The notes under the pieces are model-generated. The model saw only the letters and a list, made by a program, of their open reading frames with translations, was not told the origin of the DNA and searched no databases. The position numbers and the translations under genes were made by a program. This document shows positions 24,601 through 36,400 of a stretch of 64,000 bases of DNA, in pieces (positions within the stretch are counted from its first letter, which is position 1; each line of letters opens with the position of its first letter). Location of the stretch: positions 248,001-312,000 of the forward strand of contig NMRA01000105.1 of assembly GCA_002633005.1 (NCBI GenBank), given 5' to 3'. Source of the DNA: Phoronis australis. Its lineage: Eukaryota > Animalia > Phoronida.

Positions 24601-27600
24601 TTACGGAAATCAAGCACATCATGAGAAACCTAATGTCAACCTCTAACTGACTTAAGTCATATGCACAAATACAATTGCTGGATAAACACATGACTACGTT
24701 AAAATCAAAGAAAACAAAGCAACCTCTAACAGCAGAGCGAGTTAACACGAATTCTAATCATATTCAAACCCACAAAATAATTCTTTGAGAAAAAAGAACA
24801 CTGTTCACAAGGAAAACTGCAAATAAACAGAAAAAAAAAACAACTTAGCAAGAACAGAATTTTGATAGATGACACAATTACTGACAGCTTGTTAAAAGAA
24901 TAACTGCTTTAATGAGAAACGGACGGTGTCAATGAGAACACATGGACACTGAAAGAAGATCGTCTCCTATGACTGAAAAAGAGCGCAAGTGGTCTGATGT
25001 CATTTGCAGTGCATCAGACGTATGCACGCCTCATGGTTGGGCCCATTACACATCCTGATTGTAAGTGAGCACACAATAAAAACATGAGAATTTTGTGAGA
25101 AAACCTAACGTGACAATGCGGTTCACTTGCAATGCATGGCGAAGTCTCGCATGATCTTGTATCTACAGAACACAGGCCAGGTTCATTATAACGCAGTTTG
25201 ACTGTAGTTGCAAAATTATTTACCTGAAAGACTGTTTTGTTCTGGGGTCAATGAAAACGTTTGGGGACACCTCTCCATGCTCTGTTATTAACACCTGGAA
25301 ATAAAAATCAGTTGAACAGCGTATTAAAACATGGACTGTTCCTGAGGATGCCATCAGATCATATGGAGCAATGACCTTGACACGTCTATCACCTGACATG
25401 TCTCTGTATGTTCTATTACCCGACCACAGATACTTCATTACTCTGACTTTTCGTCTTTTTTAAATTAACTTGTTCTCACCTACTTTGATGTACCGCCATT
25501 GTCTGCTCGCTTCGTGGTCAGGGTTATGATTGGCAGATCGTGTAAAACAAAAACCGAGAGCGCACGGAGGAGCGACACTTGGCGAAATTAACCGAAAAGA
25601 CGACGATGGGGAGGATGATGACGACGACAATGACGGCGGCGATTATGAACAAGACGATAACATTCATGTGAGTAGCGAAGAAATCAGTAAGAAATAGGCT
25701 GCAGTCTTGCTCAATAGCCGTAAACTGACAACAGTCCGAGAGCGTTCGGAGGAGCGACACTTGACGAAATTAACCGAAAAGATGACGATGGGAAAGACGA
25801 CGACGATCATGACGATGAAGGCGGCGATTATGAACATCACGATAAAATTCATGTGACTAGCAAAGAAATCAGTAAGAAATATTAGGCTGCAGTCTTGCTC
25901 AATAGCAGGTAAAGTGACAACAGTGCAGCCCAATCAGTCAACAAAGGAACAGCATTTTCAGACAATCTCGAATAATTCCGCCAAGTAACAAAGGAACAGA
26001 GTTATCAGAAAATCACGAATAATTCGAAAAGTAGAGGTCCTAGCGAAAAATGAAAAATATCTTGTGAAAACCCGTTGAAAACCCTATCGAACTGTACAGA
26101 TTTTTGATTGGTTAATATACATGCCAAAAAAATCCCGGCACACAAAACTATTACCAAAAAAATATCAAATTTGACAATTTCCTCCCCGAGATTACTACTT
26201 CCATGCAAGTGCTAGAAAAAATCTGACAACAGATTCAGAATGCTCGTCCTCTCTAAATTTTAACTATGTGATCATAGTAAGCCGCTTACCAAATACTTTT
26301 TTGGCAAATTTGATCTGTCTGACAGCCACCTGAAATCGCACCCAGTTTCTCGGACAGCAGACGACAGGGGTTGATAGCAAATTACAGCCACGAGTTTGCA
26401 TCAAAAGTAGGTAAAAACTTGGCTTTTCTCATTCAAAAACACAAGTAAATCAGTTTCCTGGCAATTGTTGTCAACAGTTTCCTCAAACTACCCGCCAAAC
26501 CTGACACACGCCCTCAATATAAATTCTATGGACTAGAAAATGCCCCTTGGCCGCGGCCTAACGGTTCAGTGCTACCTACAGACTTGAGCGACACTAGGCG
26601 AAATTAACGACAATGATGATTGTGATGATGAAGGTGGCGAGTATGAACAACACGATGACATTCATATAACTAGCGAAGGTGTAAGAAATCAGTAAGAAAT
26701 AGGCCAGTCTTGAGCGACACTTGGCGAAGTTAGCTGAACAGACGACGATGGAGATGACAACGACGATGATTATGATGATGATAGTGGGGATTATGAACAA
26801 CACGATAACATTCATATGACTAGCAGAAATCAATAAGAAATAGGCTACTGTCTTGTTCAATTGAAGCTAAACCAACATCAGTGCAGCAAGACCGGTCAAC
26901 AAAGGAACAGCGCTATCAGAAAATCTTGAATAATTCAAAAAGTAGACGTCCTAGCGAAAAATTGAAAATATCTTCTGAAAGCCCGTTCAAAACTCTATCT
27001 AACCTGTCCGTTTGGCAAAATTCCGTAAACTTTTAGAAAAAATTGAAATTTTGCATTTCTTTGAAATTCGAAATCAAATAACAAGAAAACGGTAAGTCTG
27101 AGAAAAACGTTACCGCAGAACTTTTGAAAGAGCATACTTCAAGGATTCCACATGCAAAAATTCACATCATTTGCTCTTTCCGTTAAAAATGCGACCGCAG
27201 AACGATCTAAAATGGGTGAAAATGCGGCAGAGCCGCCAACTTGAAAGTGACTTCCGGTTAAACAAAATTTTATAATAGCCAATCAAAAGAAATGATCACG
27301 TGACGAGATTGAAAATGACTGGTTGGCCAATGCGCCCTTTACAGGAGAAAACGTTTTCGGCCAGATATCAAGGTGTGCATGCACCATTGCCGATATTTCC
27401 GCCATCTTTAACCGGAAGTTGATGATTTTTGCGCAGTTGTAGTACTTGTCAGCTATAATAATCGTACCAATTTTCAGCTCTGTACGTTGAAAAATGCGGC
27501 CTCGATGAGCATTTGAATCTGAAACCGGAAACAAAATGGCCGCCACGTCCGCCATTTTGAATCTGATCTTGACCAAAAACAATAGGCTTCCAGGACTTCC

Positions 27601-30600
27601 TGATCTACATGTTGTGTGCGAATTTCGAGCGAATCAGACGTAAATTGCGACCTGTAGAGTGCGAACAAAAAAAAGCGCCTTCTACAGGAGAAAACGTTTT
27701 CGACCAGATATCGAGGTGCGCATGCGCCATGGCCAATATTTCCGCCATCTTTGACAGAAGGTTAACGATTTACCGCGCAGTTGTAGTACTTGTGTTCTGT
27801 AATAATCGTACCAAGTTTCAGCACTGTACGTTAAAGAATTCCGCCAAGTGAAAAAAAACAAACTTGATGGCAGAGCAACATACTTAGCAAAATTCTCTGC
27901 CCTTTGGGTGCACCTGATGATAAAAAGTGTACGTTTTTTCATAAAGTTGTGCCCAGCAGACTTAATGTAATTAAAGTGGTAACATATGAAATAGGCACCC
28001 CAAGGGCAATCGAAATAAGAACAGAGTCATGTTTTTACCCAACTGGCTGTAAGTAGACTAGAATCTTTCATTTTGGAAGAGCAATGTGCTTTAAAAGATG
28101 CGCCCAGGGGGTGCACTGCTGGACTGTACTTGCACCTTTATTTTTTTATGTGCTAATAACGCAAAGGTGCAGTCCAGGAATATCCCTGAGATATTGAACC
28201 GCATTTCAGCCAGAGGAAAGTAGTTTCAGTGGTCACCTAATAATCCTCAGGGTAGACATATATTCTGAATGATTGTAAACAGAACACTGAACTTATGAAT
28301 AATCTTCTGGTACTCACAAAGTTGTCTAACAAACCAATCTACTGATAATAACATATTAACCATAAACAATATAGCACAACTAAACACACTATGATGAGAA
28401 CTTATCACTTACCTGTTCTGAGGCCCCTTCTAATTTACAAGGTGTGAATTGGTCCTTATTGTACTGAGCAAAGGACCTGAAAATTTAGAGAAGACATGGA
28501 TTAAGAAACAAAGAGCACCAATCTATTTCTTAACACATTCATTACACAATTCAGCCCAAACTTCCTTTCAGGACGAACACGTCATCTATCCACCAGGGTT
28601 TCGGTTTCCAAAACATTGATCAAATGACTGATATGCAAAATTCCAACAGAAACACTCTCTGTTCATTGGCTTGGGATCTGAGTTAATTTCACTTCAAGGA
28701 AAAGACAATCTGCAACGCACAACATGACTCACCATGATGCTCCTTCTTTCAACAGAGTGTCGTTATCAATAATAATCCTTACATCTGAAAACAAAGACAA
28801 GCACAAGGTCATTGTTACACAATGCGTCCCAAAGTTTGTTTCAACAAACTTGTGTAGTTCGCAAACATTTTTAAGTCTGATCAGCATGCCACCTGGGGCC
28901 ACTACACGTGACTGGTGGTTCTAATGGCTCAGTGGACTAGAGCGTCTGCACGGTTAGCAGAAGGCCCCGGGTTAGAGTCCCTGTTGGGGAAAAAATCTTT
29001 TCATTGATCATTAGGTCATGTGACCACAGGTGCCGTGCTGACCAGACATACAAAAATTTGCAATATACATTTCCACCCCGGTTTAAGAATTACATGTTTA
29101 TGTAAACATGTGTACTATTAGAACGTTTCTCCCTCCCTAGGATAAATACCGATGCTACTACGGGGTGCTGCTGAACTGTGACAGGTCACTAAATTGAAAG
29201 GGGCTAAAACACCAACTAACAATCATACTCAATCTACTGTCACAACATAAAACTAATTAATTACCATTTGGCTAACAGCCACTACACCTGGTGACTGTAC
29301 ATGAAACTACAAACTTCCAACAGTTCAGTCTCTGGTAATAACAGTTTCCAAAATCAAAAAATTGCTTTTGATTCTGAGCCCATTTAAGGTTCAACTTTCT
29401 GTTTAGGATTCACCCTTAGTCACACTATCTGATATTTATTATTATTATCTCGGTCACAATTCAGAACTACAAGAACATAGGAGTTCAAATTCATATTTAC
29501 CATTAAATACTTCGTTGAATTCACCAGGAGGAGCATGTAAGATAAGATTAGAAGCTATCTTCACCTAAAAAGAGCAAAGAAACAGTTAGAAACAATAGCT
29601 AGTGACAAGAAAATGACACGGTGAGTAATGTTTCTGGAAAAGTGATACTGCCTTAGAAATATAGTAGATCTTGAACTGGCGTCGACCAGGCATAAAATGT
29701 TTGTGAACTGTCTTAGAAAGTGTAACAATAACGCAGATTTTTTAGAATTCTCAAAACAGTGAAAGAAAAACAGAGTTTAGGTGGCAAATCCGTAACTGGT
29801 GGTTAACTGCAGTACTATTCACCACCCTGAGAGGATATCTCACCAGAGTTTATTTCGACTTCTTGGAGGCTGGTCCCAATTGTATGTAAAAATAACATTA
29901 ACAACAATAATAATAATAACAACAACAATTACAATAATAACAATGTAGAATAGTGGGTCCCACGCCCTAAGCTGAGAATCAGAGACATCAAGTTTTAGCG
30001 TTGATGAACAGCAAAAGTAAATGGTACAAATGTTTTATTCTTACTATAACTGAAAATAGACAGAGAACTTGGGACCAGTTGAGACGATGATATTGTCTAG
30101 GACACACCTAAACAGTACTACCATCTCAACTGGCTATGGTAGAGATGGAGGCCATCCCAGACGCCCTGCATAGACTGGAAGCCTTTAGGAGAATTATGCC
30201 TAACACTGATAAAACGAACGAAATCATGTTGCTATAAGTACCTTTTGCGCATAGAGGGGCACCTTAGGTGGTCATTAGTGTCTTTAACTCTTACGAGCTC
30301 AATCTAATACTCCCGCATTTAAACTTTTTTCGAACAGTCCCTTGTTCAGTTGCCCACATAGCAACTGGCCATTTGTAAACTGCTTGTGCCAGGAAATACC
30401 ATGTCATATCCCCTGGCTAAACAGTTGAAAAAAGCCAGTTGTCAATTTGAGCAACTGAACGAAGGACTGTTTGAAGAAAAAGTTTGATTATGGGACTATT
30501 TGGTCGAGTTGGAAGGAATTAAAGAATTTGTCGGCCTCCTAAGGTGCCCCTCTATGCACAAAAGGTATTTATCACAACATGATTTTGATGGTTTAATCAG

Positions 30601-31961
30601 TGTGAGGCATAATTCGCTGAAAGATTCTAGGGTATGGATGACCTATGGGATGGCCACCGTTTCTACTGGAGTGGAGTCAATTGAAGAGGTGGTACTGTCC
30701 ACAGGCGTCCTCAGCTTCTGATCATACCCAATACACTATATATATATACTATAAGGTATGACACTCCGGACTAGAAATTCCATGGGTGCTTCACTTCAGC
30801 CGTCCATAGCAAACACAAAACCCAATAAATTTTCAAAAAATAGAGGTTCAACAAACCATGAGGAATTGTTCTTTTTGCCAATACCATTTACAGTGTCCTG
30901 CTCCATCGAGTTCACAACAAATTCGTGGTCAAAGCACAAAAATCTTCTCAAATAGTCACTGCGTACCAGCAATATGCTTTTAAACACAAATTGCCAGTTT
31001 GTCACAGAAGGTCACGACATCAATAACTCCACACTTAGCCAGACCATTCCGTAACCTTCCATGGTGAACCGCCAATTGCCGTCGATTCGTAACTTATCGG
31101 ATTATTCCGTACCCTACTTGACCTTGACCGCGCGAAGCATATTGCTAGTACGCAGTGACTTTTTGAGAAGATTTTTGTGCTTTGACCGCGAATTTGTTGT
31201 GAACTCGATGGAGCAGGACACTGTAAATGGTATTGGCAAAAAGAACAATTCCTCAGGGTTTGTTGAACCAGTTTTGTGTAAATTTATAGTTTTGTGTTTG
31301 CTATGGATGACTGAAGTGAAGCACCCGTGGAATTTCTAGTCCGAAGCGTCATACCTTGTAGTAAAATATATGGTGTATTGGGGACAATCAGAAGCTGAGG
31401 ACGCCTGTGGTCCTGTCTAGGACCCACCTCATCCGACTACTACCAAATATGGTAACATTCCTAAAATCAAAGCCATAGCAGCAAGGGAGTCAGTCATCAG
31501 TCATATCAGACACATTGAAAGATTGAGAATGAGGAAGTTAGTGTGACTAATTTAATTCACAATCCGATCGGTCAACAGTTCATAAACACAATAGAACATT
31601 GAGCGAGTTCAGGATTAGCAGAATTACGGCGTCCACAGCCACAAATTATTGCACGGCATATATCTACTTAAATATGCTCACAGAAGTACCAACATGGTCT
31701 AGCCCAAAGGCCGTGGATTCAATAATTTCGTTTCAATTTTATGAAGCAGGAAGTGAATTTCAGACGATGATCGACCGGTGCTCACGCCCACTGAGATTTT
31801 GACGAGACCAAAGCGTAACCGAGTAAACTTCTGCGTTAAGATCAAATGGAAAGTATTTGTAAGGCAGTTGTAAAATTCTTGTAAGAAGAGGAAAACAAAA
31901 TAAGATACTGAGGTTCGATTTTGTTTACCTTCTCACTGTCAGAGATCGGCTCGTCCGCCAT
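18642..31961 (-). CDS. CAPZA: F-actin capping protein subunit alpha, complete
   Basis: Nine GT-AG exons with consistent phases: 31961-31929 ([11 protein letters not shown]), 29564-29501 ([21 protein letters not shown]), 28784-28733, 28476-28413 ([12 protein letters not shown]), 25294-25224 (VLITEHG...DPR), 23043-22831 ([10 protein letters not shown]...HNFW), 21226-21070 (NGRWRSQW...[12 protein letters not shown]), 19303-19241, 18782-18642 (...[22 protein letters not shown]...). All are hallmark CP-alpha motifs. Confidence 0.97.
19345..19565. repeat. ~52-bp minisatellite, about 4 copies
   Basis: Recurring taacttacagtagtcccaacaca...actgaagcc. Confidence 0.85.
22021..22365. repeat. 69-bp tandem repeat, 5 near-identical copies
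   Basis: Unit ctgtgatgtgttcacaattacttggttaaaaggatactaaaccccgttttgatgattctaactattatc starts at 22021, 22090, 22159, 22228, 22297. Confidence 0.95.
23578..24255 (-). mobile_element. Shorter copy of the same HINE family
   Basis: 23578-23790 is the reverse complement of ~61370-61616; terminal palindrome tttttatgcacccaca...tgtgggcgcataaaaa at 24216-24255. Related core fragments at ~19850-20570, ~8440-9010, ~63610-63850; isolated 5' end at ~53475. Confidence 0.72.
25544..27858 (-). mobile_element. Composite repeat in CAPZA intron 4, probably Helentron-type
   Basis: Subterminal inverted motif cacttggcg (25576) / cgccaagtg (27842); four GAC/GAT-rich units (~25570, 25750, 26585, 26710); two ~343-bp-period units (27341, 27684). 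Confidence 0.55.
28861..29061. mobile_element. MITE with a central tRNA-like cassette; empty relative at 564-653
   Basis: Arms aacatttttaagtctgatcagcatgccacctg / caggtgccgtgctgaccagacatacaaaaatttg; centre 28917-28989 has A box TGGCTCAGTGG and B-box-like GGTTAGAGTCC. Confidence 0.6.
29891..29944. repeat. (AAT/AAC)n microsatellite
   Basis: Direct observation. Confidence 0.9.
30109..30699. mobile_element. Old foldback/MITE, ~600-bp degenerate palindrome; single arms also at ~1268-1390 and ~58050-58330
   Basis: accttttgcgcatagaggggcaccttagg (~30240-30268) is mirrored by cctaaggtgcccctctatgcacaaaaggt (~30538-30566); termini acagtac.../...gtactgt; possible 9-bp TSD ggacacacc (30100) / ggacccacc (31420). 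Confidence 0.75.
30700..31409. mobile_element. Non-autonomous TIR element, P-element-like (CACAGG termini, ~280-bp TIRs, 8-bp TSD)
   Basis: 30700-~30975 is the reverse complement of ~31135-31409. TSD gtactgtc (30692-30699) / gtcctgtc (31410-31417). Confidence 0.85.
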
Positions 31962-33322
31962 CTTTCTGTCTGTTCCGACACGCCTGTACGAAGTGCATTG
32001 TGGGTATTTTACCGAGAGAACCGCGGCCAAAGATAAGCTAAGCCCCGACAGTCGAAGCCCTAGCCCGATGGGGTTGACTATACTTTGCGGGATGAGCATC
32101 TTTCAAATTGAAATTCTATTTCCCTAAAAAGTCGACAAGACAGAAGCCGTACCTCGAGACCAAGCAATAAAAGTATCACAATTACGCGAAGAGTCCGAAG
32201 CCATTCTGACTGCTTTAAGTTGACTGAACTCAACATTTTTTTACTAAACAAACCTGTTTTTATTTCCAGTTCTGTCTCTGGGAGCAGTACATTTCTTTAT
32301 TGCCCCAGATGAATCATCGAAGGTGTTATTATATGTTTGTCGTGGTGATCACGACATGTGCGCGCTAGGCCTTGAGTGTACCATGCTTCGAAGCAGGGAA
32401 GAAACTAGACACGTGTACTCAGTCCCGGTGCCGGGGCCGGTTGACAAAGGGTAGTTTGCCAAATTTCCTAAAATATTGAGACGAGGAAATGCAAGTAGAC
32501 TTAATGTTATTTTTCGTGACAGTTTCTTGTAAGTTTTGGTCAAATTGCCAAGTATTCACGTTTTATTAAAGGTAGGCCTATCATGAACCAATTCAGTCGC
32601 TTTAAATTCTAGTGCTGAGACTAGGCCTATGCCGAAAGTGAATAAAAATAGCAGTTCGTCAAATCGGAAGTGAAACCTTGGCCAAATTTGCCTTTAACTA
32701 GAACGATGATGACAGAACCATGTCATTGAACCAAACCAAAATAACAGCGATTCACCCAGTCAGACACACAATGGACATGAGTTGCATTGTCCGACTTCTC
32801 ACCATAGCCCCAACTCAGTGGATTATAGTCAGTGATGTTGTACCCGAAGCCACGACCAGTCCGACCCTTCACAGCAGTAGAGCCAGAGTTTCATTTACAC
32901 CAATTAGTGCATGGTGTCGGCAATCAGGACATTAGGGTTGTTTCTTTTTGTTGCTCTGTGGTAAGAAATTTGATTTTTTTCATGAGCAGGCACATGAACA
33001 TTGGACCAAATTAAAATAAAATATAATGACCGGCTTTCATTAAATCTTGAACTCGCCCAAAATTGTATTCCTGTCATTCACTAGCCTTTTAAATTTGTTT
33101 GATTAAAATTGCATTAGGCATACCTCGTCTCACAATCAATCCTGCCGGCTTCGTGAATTCGTTTGCTGAATTGAGTTCGCTGGGAACCCTATACCGATGT
33201 TGGTTTGGGCCAAATAAGGAGTAGAACCCCGGCAGTAAGCTAGAGATCCCGGCAGTAGAAACTCCGGCAGTAGAAACCCCGACATTACTGTTAACATTTT
33301 GTATTTATATATTAAATACACG

Positions 33323-33366
33323 AGTCCAACGTTTCGAAGAAGTTCGATTCATCATTCTCAAGGAGT
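33323..33366 (-). ncRNA. Putative minimal type I hammerhead ribozyme, U3-A8 core variant, in a Penelope-like repeat
   Basis: Minus strand reads acucc-UUGAGAA-u-gaugaa-ucgaac-uucuuc-GAAA-cGUU-ggacu: helix I ucc/gga, helix II 5 of 6 pairs, palindromic ACGU helix III. Related copies at 13385-13421 (-) and 13511-13550 (+). Confidence 0.55.
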
Positions 33367-33426
33367 TAGCCATCAAACCCAACAACAGCCGGGTTACAAG
33401 TAACAAAATCAACAAACCCTAGCATT

Positions 33427-36400
33427 TTTAATTAAAAGTTTCGGTATTCGGTCCTGTTTTTTCTGTGCCCAATCTTTCCAGTTATTAGTTATGAGTCCCT
33501 ATGGTCCGCCTGTATTTTTTATAATTTGGAAAGGTGAAGACATATAATAATATGTCCTTTTTCGGATGCCTAATTTCTTTTATTTTTGTTTTGTTTATCT
33601 TTCCTTTTTTCCAGGTCTTCATATTTTTTGACTATTTTGCTTCTAGCCTTTGTAGTGCAAGTACCATTTTACCATTTGCTGTTAGATTAGCGTTGTTTCA
33701 TTGCATGGGTCACAATTCGCTTTACGAGTTGTCTCTGATGAATAAAGTACAATCGGTAACATACATACGGACAACTAAATGGTGTCTTATACCCGTTGAA
33801 CACTTAGTGTCGATATGTTTCACTGAATGTTTCATCAGAAAAATGAATTATTTATATTGGTTTAGGGTTCTTGTGGTTTCGGTTGTTTTTAGGATGTTTA
33901 GAACACACAATGTGATTCTTTTTGTACTTAATGAGCAATGTTGTATGGTTGAGTTTAGAAGTGCCTTAATTATCTTTGTATGGCGAACAATTTAAAAATT
34001 GCGTCTTTTAACTGTAGAGGTCTAGGAACTCTGTCAAAAAGACGAGATGTTTTCCATTATATAAGGCAGCGTGCGTACAGTATTTTCTGCCTACAAGATA
34101 CTCACTTTACTGTTGCGGAAGAACCCATAATTCGAGCTCAGTGGGGATATGACTGTTTTTTCAGCCATGGTCGAAGTGATGCCAGGGGTGTTGCCATCTT
34201 ATTTAATAGTAATTTTGAATTTAAAGTTCTATCTTTCACTTCGGATACTGCAGGAAATCTCCTAATTTTAGAGCTTGAAGTAAATAACTGTTTTTCTATT
34301 GTGTTGGTGAATATTTATGGACCAAACAAAGATAGCCCTCAATTTTTTAATGACATTTCACAGAAAATCGCCAGTTACAATAACGATTTTGTTGTTGTTT
34401 GTGGCGATTTTAATTTGGTCCAAGATTTTCACCTTGATTGTCATAATTATATCTCCGTAAATAACCCTAAAGCGCGTGACCAAATGCTGGAGATGAAGGT
34501 GGCTCTTGATCTGACGGACCCATGGCGCGTTTATCATCCCTCAGCGAAAAAGTTTACATGGTCCAGGACAAATCCAGTTAAAAAGGCTAGGTTAGATTAT
34601 TTTCTTGTTACCCAACAATTACTCTCGCGTATCGAAAAGGTGGAAATACAGTCGGGCTACCGATCGGACCATAACAACGTCGTCTTAACTATACAATTAA
34701 CTACGTTCAAAAAGGGACCGGGGTTTTGGAAATTTAATAACTCACTGCTAAAAGACAAAGAATATATTAATCTCGTCAAGAATGAGATTTTGTGTACGAA
34801 AAAACAATATGCTCTTCCAGTATACGATTTGAACAAAATACAAGCAATTGACTCTAATAATCTTCAGTTTTATATATCTGATCAATTGTTTTTGGAGACG
34901 TTATTGTTAAATATTCGAACGGCAACTATTCCGTATTGTATCTATCAGAAAAAAGAAAAAAATAGAAAAGGAAAAGACTTGGAAGAACAGTTAATGTCCT
35001 TACAAGATAGGTTCAATGAGAGTGACGATCCTGAAATTGCTGTTCTATTGGAAAATAAGAAGTCAGAATATGAGGATTATCGCAGAGAATACATGCATGG
35101 AGTAATGGTCAGATCGAGAGCCAACTGGGTTGAAAATGGCGAAAAACCAACCAAATATTTTTGTGCATTAGAAAAACGAAATTTTGTAAATAAGAATGTA
35201 ACTAAGCTAATAAGCTCCAACAACGCTGTTATCAAGGAACAATCCGCTATCCTCTCGGAGATTACTTCTTTTTATAAAAATTTATACTCCTGTAAAGACG
35301 GCGACCTTGTTGATGTTAATTTAAATGAACGTTTGGCATCGTGCCCAATGCCTAAATTGAACCAGTCGAACCGAGTCGAACTTGAAAAATTTATCACTTT
35401 GGAGGAAATTCATGCAACTCTGAAAGATTTAAAAAACAACAAAAGTCCTGGACCAGATGGTTTCACTGTAGAATTTTTTAAATTTTTTTGGCCAGACCTT
35501 AAATATTACTTGTTCCGATCTTTTAAAGAAGGTATTAATAAAGGAGAATTATCTATATCGCAAAAACAGGGTATTATCTCAATAATACCAAAAGAAAATA
35601 AACCAAGAGAATTCATAAAAAATTGGCGTCCAATTTCACTATTGAATATTACTTACAAACTTTTGTCTGGTTGTATTGCTAGACGCCTAAAAGGCGTCCT
35701 CGGACCCCTTATTCACGAGAACCAACAAGGTTTCATGAAAGGCAGATATATTGGGGAAAACATAAGAATTTTATATGATGTAATTCAATTTTTAGACTGT
35801 AAACCCTTTCCCGGACTCCTGTTAATGATCGATTTTGAAAAAGCTTTCGACTCGGTCTCCTGGTCTTTCATCCTCAAGGCATTATCATACTTTAACTTTG
35901 GCCCAAGGTTCATTGACACGGTCAAAACACTCTACAACAAATCTTGTCTCTGTGTTCTCCAACATGGATTTTTCTCTGAATTTTTTGAAATGGGGAGAGG
36001 CTGTCGTCAAGGAGACCCCATTTCTCCTTACCTTTTTTTATTATGTGTAGAAATATTGGGTAATTTAATTCGTCGGGATGGTGGCATCACTGGTGTCAGG
36101 ATAGGTGTTTCTGAGTTTAAATTGATCCAGTACGCTGACGACACTTGTTTGATTTTGGACGGTTCTGAGTTATCTCTAAGATCATCTTTGAATTTAATTG
36201 ACCAATTTGCGAAATTTTCTGGTTTGAAGCCAAACATCGAGAAAACAAGATGTGTTTGGATTGGTTCAAAAAAAGACTCTCACGAAAAACTTTGTGTCAA
36301 TGAGAACCTGTTATGGACCAACAAACCTTTCATGTTTTTGGGAATTAACTTCTCCACTGATTATAATACAATGCCGGGTATTAACTATAGTTGCAGGTTT

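Noticed and set aside
25524-26860. Hydrophobic minus-strand ORFs rich in I/V
   Set aside because: Translation artefacts of GAT/GAC triplet runs within a repeat.
28917-28989. Functional tRNA gene
   Set aside because: Poor acceptor-stem pairing, altered T-loop (GTTAGA) and no U33; treated as a tRNA-derived cassette.
30796-31339. Two near-identical ORFs on opposite strands (…[21 protein letters not shown]…)
   Set aside because: They are the two TIRs of the MITE, not duplicated genes.
33534-33995. 153-aa hydrophobic ORF overlapping the LINE ORF2 start, a possible ORF1
   Set aside because: GTG start, T-rich low-complexity spacer, no coiled-coil/RRM/zinc-knuckle features.
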